From positions 1 through 58,871 of the forward strand of contig JBBTCX010000166.1 in assembly GCA_038043045.1 (NCBI GenBank): DNA of 58,871 nucleotides. Direction: 5' to 3'. Positions 1 through 10,105 of the stretch are shown piece by piece. The stretch's first letter is position 1, and each line of letters begins with the position of its first letter. The position numbers were made by a program, and so were the translations under genes. This DNA is from Planctomycetota bacterium (GTDB lineage: Bacteria > Planctomycetota > Phycisphaerae > UBA1845). The notes beneath the pieces were generated by a model that ran no database searches, was not told the DNA's origin, and saw only the letters and a list, made by a program, of their open reading frames with translations.

Positions 1-2
1 TG

Positions 3-944
3 CGGAATCCATGGAGGGAGTGGAACGATCAATACCGAGATGTCGTTCGCAGGTTCTGGCGAGGAGACCGGGGACAAGTTGGCGATTTCGTTGCGCGGGT
101 AAGCGGCAGCAGCGACCTGTTTCATCTCAATCGTCGTGGTCCAAGCTCGAGCATTAACTTCGTTACCTGCCACGACGGTTTTACTCTTGCGGACCTAGTG
201 AGTTACGATCACAAACACAACGAGGCCAATGGTGAGAATGATCGAGACGGAACGGACCGGAATTTCAGTCGGAATTGGGGCGTCGAAGGACAGACCGATC
301 AAGCGAACGTTATGAACATTCGTGATCGAGTGCAACGGAGCGTGCTGGCCACATTGGCGTTCTCGTTGGGCGTTCCGATGCTCTCCATGGGAGACGAAAC
401 CGGGCGGACGCAGCGGGGCAATAACAACACGTACTGTCAAAACAACGAAACGGCGTGGGTGAATTGGGAGTTGAACCCCGGGCGCCGGTGCCTGCTATTG
501 TGGGTGCGGAGATTGTTTGCGATTCGCCGCTCGATCGATGAATTGCGACGAGACCAACATTTTGCCGGCCGCGTCCTCCCGGAATCCAAACTTAAAGACG
601 TAACCTGGTTGAATGAACACGGGTGTGAAATGACTGCAGGAGATTGGCATGATGGGGAGCGCTCATTCTTCGGAATGCTCATCAACACGCGAAAGCGGCA
701 ACCCGAGCCTGCTTGCATGGCTGCGGATCGTGATGAAACCCCCGATCCTCGACTTACGAAATGCTGCCTCATGCTCTTTAATGGAAGCGATCGAAATGTT
801 GAATTCAATATGCCCGGGATGGGAACTTGGACGAGATTGATCGATACCGCCACCACGAAAATCCAGCCAAAAACCATAACGACGCCAACTATGGATTTGT
901 TGGCCCATACCGTGCAAGTGTTTGGGTTCGTCGAATCCGAGTAG
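3..944 (+). CDS. glgX: Glycogen debranching enzyme GlgX (GH13), 5' truncated by the window edge
   Basis: Frame is open from position 3: RNPWREWNDQYRDVVRRFWRG...NFVTCHDGFTLADLVSYDHKHNEANGENDRDG, then GVPMLSMGDETGRTQRGNNNTYCQNNETAWVNW. These are typical GlgX C-terminal motifs. The ORF-track start at 198 is internal. Confidence 0.95.
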   Translation, partial: RNPWREWNDQYRDVVRRFWRGDRGQVGDFVARVSGSSDLFHLNRRGPSSSINFVTCHDGFTLADLVSYDHKHNEANGENDRDGTDRNFSRNWGVEGQTDQANVMNIRDRVQRSVLATLAFSLGVPMLSMGDETGRTQRGNNNTYCQNNETAWVNWELNPGRRCLLLWVRRLFAIRRSIDELRRDQHFAGRVLPESKLKDVTWLNEHGCEMTAGDWHDGERSFFGMLINTRKRQPEPACMAADRDETPDPRLTKCCLMLFNGSDRNVEFNMPGMGTWTRLIDTATTKIQPKTITTPTMDLLAHTVQVFGFVESE

Positions 945-953
945 GTCTTTCTC

Positions 954-3176
954 ATGCGTGACAGTACGGCATCTGCAGCTCTTTCAGAAAGTGTCGAACC
1001 CCGAGAGGCCGCACGCCTCATTCAAGGAAATCATTCGGCGCCGCACGGCATTCTCGGCGCCCATGAGTTGGTGATGGATGGGAAAAAAGGTGCCGTCGTC
1101 CGAGTCTTCCACCCGGATGCGCTTCGGGCGGACATTGTGTTGCCCGAGAACAGAGTCATCCCAGCGGGAGAACTCTTTGTCGGCGGTCTTTTTGGCGTGT
1201 TTATTCCATCGGTATCCCCGCCGTTTTCCTATCGTGTCCGGTTTCATTTCGCGGATGGAGCGGTGTGGGAGCGAGACGACCCATATCGTTTTCCGCCGAC
1301 TTTGGGCGAATGGGACTTGCATCTTTTCAATGAGGGGACGCATGGCCGACTCTGGGAGCGGATGGGGGCGCAAATTCGAACGATTGAAGGTGTCACGGGT
1401 GTGGCATTCTCCGTGTGGGCACCCAATGCCGTCCGGGTAAGTGTGGTCGGGGAATTTTGCCGATGGGACGGACGACTGTTTCCCATGCGGCAATTGGGTA
1501 GTTCCGGCGTTTTTGAACTCTTTATTCCAGACCTGAATGAAGGAACGCTGTACAAGTTCGAGATGAAAACCGGTCATGGCGATTTGCGGCTCAAGACGGA
1601 TCCTCTGGCGAGGTCGATGGAGCGACCGCCCAGTTGCGCAAGCCGGGTTGTCCAATCCCATTATGAGTGGCGCGACAGGGAGTGGATGGAACGGCGCGGG
1701 CGAAGCGACATCACGCGCGAACCGATGGCGATCTATGAGGTGCATGTGGGGTCATGGCGAAGAGTGCCCGAGGAAGGGAATCGAATGCTCACCTACCGCG
1801 AGATTGCGCCGTCGCTCGCCCGACATGCGAAGCAGTTGAGCCTGACTCACATCGAACTCATGCCGATCGCGGAACACCCGCTGCTTGCCTCCTGGGGGTA
1901 TCAAGTTACGGGCTACTACGCGCCGACTTCGGTCTACGGTACTCCTGATGATTTCAAGTTTCTTGTTGACCACCTGCACGAAAGCGGCATCGGCGTGATC
2001 TTGGATTGGGTCCCCGCGCATTTTCCAAGGGACGATTATGCGTTGAGACGTTTCGATGGTACCGCGCTCTATGAACACGATGATCCGCGACGCGGCGAAC
2101 ACCCCGACTGGGGAACGCTGATTTTCAACTATGGTCGCCGCGAAGTCCGAAGTTTCCTGCTTTCCAATGCGTTGTATTGGTTGAAGGAGTTTCACATCGA
2201 CGGGCTGCGTGTGGATGCGGTGGCTTCCATGCTCTACTTAGACTACAGCCGACGCGGCGACGACTGGATGCCCAATCCGTGGGGAGGGAAGGAAAACGTG
2301 GAGGCCATCGATTTCCTGCGGTCGGTGAACGACGCCATCCGAGGGGAGTGCCCCGGCTGCTTCACGATAGCCGAGGAATCGACGGGATGGTCGGGAGTGA
2401 CGGCTCCGACGGCGAACTATGGATTGGGATTTACTTTCAAGTGGAATATGGGTTGGATGCACGATACCCTACAGTATTTTTCTCGCGACTCGGTCCATCG
2501 GAAGCACCATCACAACGATCTGACTTTCGCGATGCTTTATGAGCACTCGGAGAAGTTCATCAACCCGCTGTCCCATGACGAGGTTGTTCATGGAAAGCAA
2601 TCGTTGTTGGAAAAGATGCCGGGTGATGGGTGGCAGAAGTTTGCAAATCTGAGGTTGTTGATGGCCTATCAATATACCAGACCGGGCAAGAAATTGTGGT
2701 TCATGGGTACGGAAATCGCGCCATCCTCTGAGTGGGTGCATGACGCCAGTCTGGATTGGCATCAACAGGGTGATCCATCGCGTTTGGGGATGTTGCGGTT
2801 GCTTGAGAAGTTGGGAACTCTGTATCTGGCTTCTCGATGTTTGTGGTACGGGGATCCGGATTCCTTTAACTTCTATTGGATTGACTGTGGAGATTGGGAA
2901 CAGTCCGTGCTGTCCTACGCGCGTCAGGTCGACGGTGAATTGCTCATTACAGTGTTGAACCTGACGCCGGTGCCAAGGGACGATTATCGCATGGGGGTTC
3001 CGCTTTCCGGTTCGTACACTCAAAGGTTGAATACGGACGACCCTTCATTCGGCGGAAGTGGTTATCCAACCTCGGACAGGATTCAGACGCATTCTCAACC
3101 GATTCACGGTTTTGCTCAGTCGCTTTGTCTGCGACTTCCACCGTTGGCGGCATTGGTTCTGGCGCCGGATCCATGA
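954..3176 (+). CDS. glgB: 1,4-alpha-glucan branching enzyme
   Basis: 740 aa with FSVWAPNA, WGYQVTGYYAP, LDWVPAHF, GLRVDAVASM, IAEEST and LSHDEVVHGK motifs. Confidence 0.97.
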   Translation: MRDSTASAALSESVEPREAARLIQGNHSAPHGILGAHELVMDGKKGAVVRVFHPDALRADIVLPENRVIPAGELFVGGLFGVFIPSVSPPFSYRVRFHFADGAVWERDDPYRFPPTLGEWDLHLFNEGTHGRLWERMGAQIRTIEGVTGVAFSVWAPNAVRVSVVGEFCRWDGRLFPMRQLGSSGVFELFIPDLNEGTLYKFEMKTGHGDLRLKTDPLARSMERPPSCASRVVQSHYEWRDREWMERRGRSDITREPMAIYEVHVGSWRRVPEEGNRMLTYREIAPSLARHAKQLSLTHIELMPIAEHPLLASWGYQVTGYYAPTSVYGTPDDFKFLVDHLHESGIGVILDWVPAHFPRDDYALRRFDGTALYEHDDPRRGEHPDWGTLIFNYGRREVRSFLLSNALYWLKEFHIDGLRVDAVASMLYLDYSRRGDDWMPNPWGGKENVEAIDFLRSVNDAIRGECPGCFTIAEESTGWSGVTAPTANYGLGFTFKWNMGWMHDTLQYFSRDSVHRKHHHNDLTFAMLYEHSEKFINPLSHDEVVHGKQSLLEKMPGDGWQKFANLRLLMAYQYTRPGKKLWFMGTEIAPSSEWVHDASLDWHQQGDPSRLGMLRLLEKLGTLYLASRCLWYGDPDSFNFYWIDCGDWEQSVLSYARQVDGELLITVLNLTPVPRDDYRMGVPLSGSYTQRLNTDDPSFGGSGYPTSDRIQTHSQPIHGFAQSLCLRLPPLAALVLAPDP

Positions 3177-5368
3177 CGCACAATGCCCCTCGGGCGAATT
3201 TACTTACGCTTGCAGATCGACTTGGAATTTTCCGAGAATTTGTGGACGCCCGCGGCCAAAAGCACGTCGCATCGAACCACACGCTCGAAGCTTTGGCTCA
3301 TGCGATGGGTTTCGAGGCCTCCACCGAATCGGCGGCGGCTGGTTCGCTGGCACGACTTGGCATGGAGCAACGAGGCCTCATGTTGCCGCCGGTCGCGGCA
3401 TTAGTTCATTCGAAAACCAAACCGGGTTCCGTTCGGATTCAGCTTCCAAGGTTGGTGACCGGGCGAATGGAATGGCAGGCGGAGTGTCGAATGGAGTCTG
3501 GCAAGTTGCAAACTTGGGAGGGGGCGGTGTCGACGAGACTCGGGGCGACAACGCTTTCGTTGGTGTTGCCCGTTGCTCATGAAATAGGTTATCACAATCT
3601 ACACGTGACGGTTAGCTCGCTAGGCTGCCTTTGGACGTCCGAACAGCGATTGATCGTTCATCCTCGGACTTGTTGGACGGTGGAGCAAGCCATCGGTCGT
3701 GGCCGGGCGATTGGTATTTGGGCAAATCTATACAGTATAAGAGATCGCCGAAATTGGGGCGTCGGAGATTTTCGTGATCTAACGAGTCTGGTTCAATGGG
3801 CCACGGAACACGGCCTTTCATTTGTGGGCGTCAACCCACTTCATGCTTTGAACAATCGCGGCGAAGGCGTGAGCCCCTACAGCCCCATCAGCCGACTGTT
3901 CGACAACTTGATCTACGTTGATGTAGAAGCGGTACCAGAATTCTCTTACTGTCCAGAGGCGGCGGCTCGGGTTCGGTCGCCCGAGTTTCGGCGCGCCCAA
4001 GATCGACTCCGAAGTTCTGCAACTATGGATTATTGTCGAGTTGCAGAGATGAAGGAGGGTTTGTTGCGTACTTGTTATAAGGTGTTTATTCGACGAGAAC
4101 ACAATCGCAAATCGGAGCGTGGCCGATTATTTGAAAGCTATTGCAACCGTAGAGGACAGGCCCTGACGGACTTCGCCACGTTTCTTGCTTTGTACAGACG
4201 ACGGCAAAGAAAAAACACAAAGTGTGAAACCAGGAGTGAGTGGCCGGTCGCCCACCAAGATCCAAAATCTGATGAAGTCGCGTTGTTTCAGCAACGACAT
4301 GCGGAGGACATCGATTTCTATCGTTATGTGCAATTCGAGCTGGATCGTCAAAAGGGGCAAGTTCAGATCGCTGCGTCGCGCTTTGGTATGCCGCTTGGCG
4401 TCTATCACGATCTGGCTTTAGGTTCGTCGATGGGGGGTGGCGACACATGGGCTTGGCCGGACCTTTTCTTGCGGTCGGTTCACGTCGGTGCGCCACCTGA
4501 TTCGCATTCCAATGACGGTCAGAATTGGAGTTTTCCGCCGATGGCGCCGCGGGTTTTAATGAGGACCCAGTTTGAATATTGGAGACTCCTGCTGAATCAC
4601 GCCATGCAGCACGCCGGGATGTTGCGAATCGACCATGTGATGGGACTGTTTAGACAGTTCTGGATACCGGCCGGGCGTCCTGCGAAAGAAGGCGCTTATG
4701 TTCGTTTTCCGTCCCAGGAACTGCTTGCCATTTTGGCGGTAGAGAGTTTTCGAAACAAGTGTGTAGTTGTAGGCGAGGATTTGGGCACGGTCCCGCGAGG
4801 ATTGCCCAGCATGCTGGCTCGTTGGGGAATTCTATCTTCGCGCGTGTTATATTTCGAACGAACCAAGAAACGGGGATTCCGCCCAGCGTCAGATTATCCG
4901 AAGCGTTGCCTGTTGACGGCCACAACACACGACCATGTACCGCTGGCTGGATTCTGGAGTGGGATCGATCTGGAGTTACGCCGAAAGCTGGGATTGCTCA
5001 AGAAGAAAGTTCAATTCGCAGAGTCGTGGGATGAACGAACGCGCGATCGCCGGGCCCTCATTCGCCGCCTCATTCGGGATCAACTACTACACAACCAAGG
5101 CCTGCAAAACCCACCGAATAGCGATGAGGTGATTTCGGCCGTTTATCGATTTCTTGCCCGCGCGCCGAGCGTATTGCTGGGCATTTCCCTCGACGATTTG
5201 GCCGGCGAAGAGCGGCCCGTCAACCTCCCCGGCGTTTCACCCAACAAATATCCAAGTTGGACGCGTAAAATGAAATCGGACTTGGCGGACATCCTGGCAT
5301 CGATCTCCGCGACCTATTTCTTGGAAGAGGTCGCTCGAGGACGCTCACGCAACTCGCGTTCCGCCTGA
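3173..5368 (+). CDS. malQ: 4-alpha-glucanotransferase (GH77)
   Basis: SPYSPISR, LRIDHVMG, VGEDLG, TTHD and VNLPG motifs. Start placed at ATG 3173, which overlaps the glgB stop (ATGA). Confidence 0.93.
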   Translation: MTHNAPRANLLTLADRLGIFREFVDARGQKHVASNHTLEALAHAMGFEASTESAAAGSLARLGMEQRGLMLPPVAALVHSKTKPGSVRIQLPRLVTGRMEWQAECRMESGKLQTWEGAVSTRLGATTLSLVLPVAHEIGYHNLHVTVSSLGCLWTSEQRLIVHPRTCWTVEQAIGRGRAIGIWANLYSIRDRRNWGVGDFRDLTSLVQWATEHGLSFVGVNPLHALNNRGEGVSPYSPISRLFDNLIYVDVEAVPEFSYCPEAAARVRSPEFRRAQDRLRSSATMDYCRVAEMKEGLLRTCYKVFIRREHNRKSERGRLFESYCNRRGQALTDFATFLALYRRRQRKNTKCETRSEWPVAHQDPKSDEVALFQQRHAEDIDFYRYVQFELDRQKGQVQIAASRFGMPLGVYHDLALGSSMGGGDTWAWPDLFLRSVHVGAPPDSHSNDGQNWSFPPMAPRVLMRTQFEYWRLLLNHAMQHAGMLRIDHVMGLFRQFWIPAGRPAKEGAYVRFPSQELLAILAVESFRNKCVVVGEDLGTVPRGLPSMLARWGILSSRVLYFERTKKRGFRPASDYPKRCLLTATTHDHVPLAGFWSGIDLELRRKLGLLKKKVQFAESWDERTRDRRALIRRLIRDQLLHNQGLQNPPNSDEVISAVYRFLARAPSVLLGISLDDLAGEERPVNLPGVSPNKYPSWTRKMKSDLADILASISATYFLEEVARGRSRNSRSA

Positions 5369-6789
5369 ACCCAGTCAGCAACCGAATCACCTTTTGTCTG
5401 CCCGCGAGCCAGATAGATTTCATAGGCTCGCTTGCGAATCTCCACTTCGGTCGGTTCATGTTGGGCCAGCACGGTATTGGCGGGTTTTGACTTCACGATA
5501 CCCACGACCTCCCTTGTTTCATGAGCTTCAATTTTTTTCGTCTTATCCAACGACATGTGCACGGTCTCCTTCGTCAGACGGTGTCGAACGGATCCATTTC
5601 CGTTGACGGAATTTCCCAAAGCTGACGCGTAAACTTTCTCCGTTTCCAAAGCCGAAATATCCCACGAAAAGGAAGATTCCGCGTCGCGTCTACCGTTGAG
5701 ACCCATCGCCTTTGACCCGGCACGATCGCCCAACAGGGTATTCAATCCTAACCCGATTTCTTCGGGTTTGAGTCCGACTTTCAGCCCATTGTAGTCGTCT
5801 TTAACAAACTCCTCCGGTCCGCCGATTCGAGTAGCTACCACCGGTTTGCGGGCGCTCCAAGCTTCTAGAATCACGATCCCGAACGGTTCATTTCTGCTCG
5901 GTACGCACACTACATCGGTGCTCTTGAACAACCCGATTAGTTCGTTGCCTATTCGATGTCCCAAAAAGCGAGTGGACGGAGAAATGCCTATGTCGACCGC
6001 TCGTTGTTCCAATCCCTCGCGCATATCCCCATCCCCAGCGAATAGAATCTTGGTCCGAGGATGTTGCTCCAATACGCCGGGAACTGCCTCCAACAACAGA
6101 TCAGGACCTTTTTGCCACGTCATTCGCCCGGCAAACAATACGCACGGTTCATCCAGCCCAATCCCAACTTGTTTTCGAACGCGCGAAACATCGACTTCCC
6201 CATCGAACTTCCACGGATGCACCCCGTTATAGATCGAAAAACATTTATCGGAGGGTACGCTGTAAAGGTCTTGAACCTCACGGCCGAGAGTTTGCGAGAC
6301 GCAAATCACCCGATCCGCCAAGTACCCGCCCTCCCATTCAATGTCGCGGATCCGCCGAGATAGCGGATCTTCCCATACGCTGTTTCCGCATCGACCATAT
6401 TCCGTCGAATGAATCGTAAGTACGGCCGGACGATGATGGGTGTTCTTGACTTGTGCAATGCTCCGAACGGAAAGCCAATCGTGACCGTGCACAATGTCAA
6501 AGGGGCGCCCAAGGAATTGTTCCGTCTCCCCAAAATGCCACACGAAACTGTCATTCATTCGGTCGATCATGGTCATGAAATCGGGATGGGTTTCAAACGG
6601 ACAACGGTGATAGTGAACGCCGTCGATAAAATCGTAAGGCGATTGGCCGATCCCAACCCGTGTGAAAATGTGGATTTCATGTCCGCGCCGGGCCAATCCC
6701 GCAGCCAGCTCGCTGGCATGGGGAGCCAGACCGCCGATCGCCACGGAGTGAAGCGACTCCCACGAAAACATCGCGATGTTCATAGCCAT
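5314..6789 (-). CDS. GT4 glycosyltransferase with a C-terminal DUF2934-like domain
   Basis: N-terminal MNIAMFSWESLHSVAIGGLAPH, VHGHDWL and an intact PSRNEPFGIVILEA motif. The C-terminal PTEVEIRKRAYEIYLARGQTKGDSVADWVQAEREL matches the DUF2934 pattern. Confidence 0.85.
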   Translation of the reverse strand: MAMNIAMFSWESLHSVAIGGLAPHASELAAGLARRGHEIHIFTRVGIGQSPYDFIDGVHYHRCPFETHPDFMTMIDRMNDSFVWHFGETEQFLGRPFDIVHGHDWLSVRSIAQVKNTHHRPAVLTIHSTEYGRCGNSVWEDPLSRRIRDIEWEGGYLADRVICVSQTLGREVQDLYSVPSDKCFSIYNGVHPWKFDGEVDVSRVRKQVGIGLDEPCVLFAGRMTWQKGPDLLLEAVPGVLEQHPRTKILFAGDGDMREGLEQRAVDIGISPSTRFLGHRIGNELIGLFKSTDVVCVPSRNEPFGIVILEAWSARKPVVATRIGGPEEFVKDDYNGLKVGLKPEEIGLGLNTLLGDRAGSKAMGLNGRRDAESSFSWDISALETEKVYASALGNSVNGNGSVRHRLTKETVHMSLDKTKKIEAHETREVVGIVKSKPANTVLAQHEPTEVEIRKRAYEIYLARGQTKGDSVADWVQAERELRERPRATSSKK

Positions 6790-6885
6790 GTTCGGTATTC
6801 CATTTCCTTGCCCGAAAGGTTTTGTGAACCGTAATCAGAAAGAGGAGGCCGGCCGCCGAGCAATCATCAACAGTAATCCCCTTCA

Positions 6886-6919
6886 TCGGTTTTATAACCG
6901 AAAATCTTGGTCCGGTAAA
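6886..6919 (-). promoter_or_regulatory. Candidate sigma70 promoter for the GT4 gene, with an overlapping inverted repeat
   Basis: Minus strand TTTACC (6919-6914), 17 nt, TATAAA (6896-6891). The palindrome TCGGTT-TTAT-AACCGA (6886-6901) covers the -10. Confidence 0.45.
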
Positions 6920-7518
6920 CCTCGACATTATCAAATTTTGGCCCGGGAATCCTTGACACTATCCAATGAATACCGACGGGTGCAGGGGTTCTGTTGGGAC
7001 AAGCTCAGTTTTATGCGCCTGCCCCTGAAAGACTCCTTCAGCGCCGCCAAACGGTGGACCGGACCGGTTCAAGGCTGCCGTATCGATGTTTACAGACGCC
7101 ATTTCGCGAGGTCCAATCAGGTCTCGTACCTTGCCCTCTTTGGTTTCCATTTGTTTATTTGGATAAAGATCCATAAGGTTCTCCACGCTGTTGCCAGCTC
7201 AACCACGAAACTTCCTTTGATACGTTCCTGTCATAAGCTCCATCGACAACACTTGGACCCAACGTTTTTTAGCTAAGTTTCAACTTGAGCACTTGTTTTT
7301 GATGCTCCACCGAGTCGCTGGTTACCGGCCTTGAATTCAATGGGTTTCGGATGCTCCGAAGCGGTTTCGGCCTGGATTTAACTGATTCATAGCATTTCCC
7401 GGACTTCCCAAGCCGATGATGGATGGACGAGACACTGACTTCGGACGAAGGATATTCAACAGGAGCGGACCTGGAACGGGTACGCCTGACAATAAAGCAA
7501 CTGAAAAGGAGTTCACTG

Positions 7519-9180
7519 ATGAAACGCCGGGGCCTAACTTTGAAGTGGTTTGGTGCGGGTTTGTTGTCCGTTTTGAGCCTTGTGCCCACGGACCGCGTCG
7601 CGGCCTGTGGTGGGTTTTTCTGCCAACTTGTCCCCATCGACCAAGCCGGCGAACAGATCATTTTTAGACAAGACGGAATGACGGTCACTGCCGTAGTATT
7701 GATTCAATACGTTGGCGCGGCCGAGGGATTTTCATGGGTAGTTCCCGTTCCCGGAATCCCGGAGCTTTCGACAGGGAGCGATCTCGTATTCTCGCCTCTG
7801 GAACTTGCCACTCGCCCGCAATTCATTTTGGAGGTCAATGGTTTTTGCGAAGATGAAGCCGCCAACTCGCCGCAATTCGGTTCAGCGCCATCAGTGGACA
7901 ACGATAATGCCAGTCCGCCGGCTGATGATGGTGTCACCGTATTGCAAACCCTCGTCGTCGGACCGTTCGACGCGCAAATTGTTTCGAGTGATGATCCCCA
8001 AGCTCTTGCAACGTGGTTGATAGACAACGGATACACGTTGAGTGATCGCGGCCGAGAGTTGATCGCTCCGTACGTTGCCGAAGGGAAAAACTTTATTGGT
8101 CTGCGGCTTCGCAAAGATCAGGGCGTCGGCGATATTCGCCCCATCATCATGCGTTATCAAAGCGAAGTACCGGAAATTCCCATTCGCCTCACCGCCGTAG
8201 CCGCTCAGCCAGACATGGGCGTGCTGGTCTGGCTTTTGGGTTCGGCTCGAGCTGCGCCGCTCAACTATCTTCATGTGACACCGAACTACACTCGATTGAA
8301 TTGGTACCAGGGAACATTTAACGCCTACGCGAGCTATCAAGATTTGATCACAGCCGCGATGGATGAAGCCGGCGGACAAGGTTTCGCCACGGACTACGCC
8401 GGACGAGACATCGATATCCTCGCTCAGCTTCCGACTGTGGATTCCTTCGTAAGCGAACTTGTTTTTGTTTCGAGCTTCGACGACGACGCGGATTTTGTCG
8501 AAGCCGTAGCGACCAGTTTCGTTTTCCCGAACGATCAGGTTCTTGAAATCCTCCATCGCTTTCTGCCGTTGCGCGGGTCCGACGGCGACTTCATTTATCA
8601 AATCTCCGAATTGATTTCGACCACGTACACTGTGCAAGAGTTGGCCGTCGCACGAACGAATATCGTGTTGGCGATTAACGACGACATCATCGGTCCGTTG
8701 CGCGAAACATTGGACGTGTTTCAAGGCAACCTCTATCTCACGCGATTCTACACGACGCTTTCACCGGAAGAGATGACCCTTGACCCGATTTTCTCCTTCA
8801 ATCCCGACCTTCCCGACCAGCGTTTGGATCGCAACGCCAAGTTGGACGTTCGTTGCGGCCTATGGAGCCTTACGCTCGGCGAGGGAACGGGAAGAGACGG
8901 GGAACTGGTCATCGAGGGTTCGGGAAGCGCTCCGGGGTTTTTCTCTCAAGTTCCGACCATCGAACAGGACGCTGTGTTTCTCACCGAGACCGTCAGCATG
9001 ATCGGCCCGCCACAAACGGTGACGCAAAAGCAATTCCCCATCGCGCGGATTAACATATCAAACGGAACGTTTGAGCCCGTCATTCCGATCTGTGGTGCGG
9101 GCAGTGCGTGCGGTGCTGGCTCATCGATGGCAATACTGCTGACGATGTTTGGCCTCCGGTTGGTTCGACGCAGACCCTAG
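7519..9180 (+). CDS. DUF2330-family secreted protein with a C-terminal Cys/Gly-TM-RRR anchor
   Basis: SD AAGGAG (7506-7511) precedes ATG 7519. Signal peptide, then ACGGFFCQ, QAGEQIIF, VVGPFDAQIV and IPIRLTAVAAQPDMGVLVW. Ends CGAGSACGAGSSMAILLTMFGLRLVRRRP. Confidence 0.8.
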   Translation: MKRRGLTLKWFGAGLLSVLSLVPTDRVAACGGFFCQLVPIDQAGEQIIFRQDGMTVTAVVLIQYVGAAEGFSWVVPVPGIPELSTGSDLVFSPLELATRPQFILEVNGFCEDEAANSPQFGSAPSVDNDNASPPADDGVTVLQTLVVGPFDAQIVSSDDPQALATWLIDNGYTLSDRGRELIAPYVAEGKNFIGLRLRKDQGVGDIRPIIMRYQSEVPEIPIRLTAVAAQPDMGVLVWLLGSARAAPLNYLHVTPNYTRLNWYQGTFNAYASYQDLITAAMDEAGGQGFATDYAGRDIDILAQLPTVDSFVSELVFVSSFDDDADFVEAVATSFVFPNDQVLEILHRFLPLRGSDGDFIYQISELISTTYTVQELAVARTNIVLAINDDIIGPLRETLDVFQGNLYLTRFYTTLSPEEMTLDPIFSFNPDLPDQRLDRNAKLDVRCGLWSLTLGEGTGRDGELVIEGSGSAPGFFSQVPTIEQDAVFLTETVSMIGPPQTVTQKQFPIARINISNGTFEPVIPICGAGSACGAGSSMAILLTMFGLRLVRRRP

Positions 9181-9253
9181 ACTTACCCCGTGTGACAGAA
9201 TCTTACACTTTTGTTCGTTACCGGGGACACGATAGGCGTTATACTCCCCGGCT

Positions 9254-10105
9254 ATGATGCTTCGACTCCACGAGGTGCGAAAAACCTTCGGCACGCTGGT
9301 GGCCGTAGATCGACTTTCCCTCGACATCCAAAAAGGCGAAGTCTTCGGGCTGCTCGGTCCCAACGGTGCGGGCAAAACAACTACGGTCAGCATGATCGTC
9401 GGTCTCTTGTCGCCCGACCATGGCCGAGTGGAGATCGACGGCGGCGGAAGTCCCAGCGATCCGAAATGCCGGCGCCAAATCGGCGTCGCTCCGCAATCGC
9501 TCGCCCTCTATGACAACTTGTCAGGCGAGGAAAACCTTCGATTTTTTGGCAAATTGTACGGTTACGTTGGGGCCGATCTGAAGTCGCGTGTGAACGCCGT
9601 GTTGGATTTCGTGGAACTGCGCGATCGGGCGCGAAGTTTGGTGAAGACCTATTCCGGCGGGATGAAACGAAGGCTCAATCTCGCCGCCGCGATGATTCAC
9701 GACCCCATGCTTCTCTTGTTCGACGAACCCACCGTCGGTGTCGACCCGCAATCTCGCCACGCCATTCTACAGCGGATCAAGGAACTTCGCCGCGAAGGTC
9801 GTACCGTTATCTATACAACCCATTACATGGAAGAGGCCCAGCGGCTTTGTGATCGAGTGGCCATCATGGATCACGGTCGGGTGCTAGCCCTTGACACCGT
9901 GGATGCGTTAATCGCCAAACATGGTGGAAAAAGCGTGGTGATCGCGGACACCACCGAGGGTGAAGTTCGTCACGACACCGATGATCCCGTGGCCGAGTTC
10001 AACCGCCTGCAAAAAGATGCCAAGGTTCTTCGCTTTCGGGTGGAGCGCCCGGACCTGGAATCGGTTTTCCTCCGCCTTACGGGGCGACATTTGAGGGACA
10101 CATGA
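9254..10105 (+). CDS. ABC-2 type exporter ATP-binding subunit
   Basis: Walker A GPNGAGKT, signature YSGGMKRR, Walker B LLLFDEPT, H-loop TTHYMEE. Confidence 0.93.
   Translation: MMLRLHEVRKTFGTLVAVDRLSLDIQKGEVFGLLGPNGAGKTTTVSMIVGLLSPDHGRVEIDGGGSPSDPKCRRQIGVAPQSLALYDNLSGEENLRFFGKLYGYVGADLKSRVNAVLDFVELRDRARSLVKTYSGGMKRRLNLAAAMIHDPMLLLFDEPTVGVDPQSRHAILQRIKELRREGRTVIYTTHYMEEAQRLCDRVAIMDHGRVLALDTVDALIAKHGGKSVVIADTTEGEVRHDTDDPVAEFNRLQKDAKVLRFRVERPDLESVFLRLTGRHLRDT

Noticed and set aside
6959-7186. 75-aa minus-strand ORF in the GT4/DUF2330 gap
   Set aside because: No clear SD or family motif. It could be real but is unsupported.
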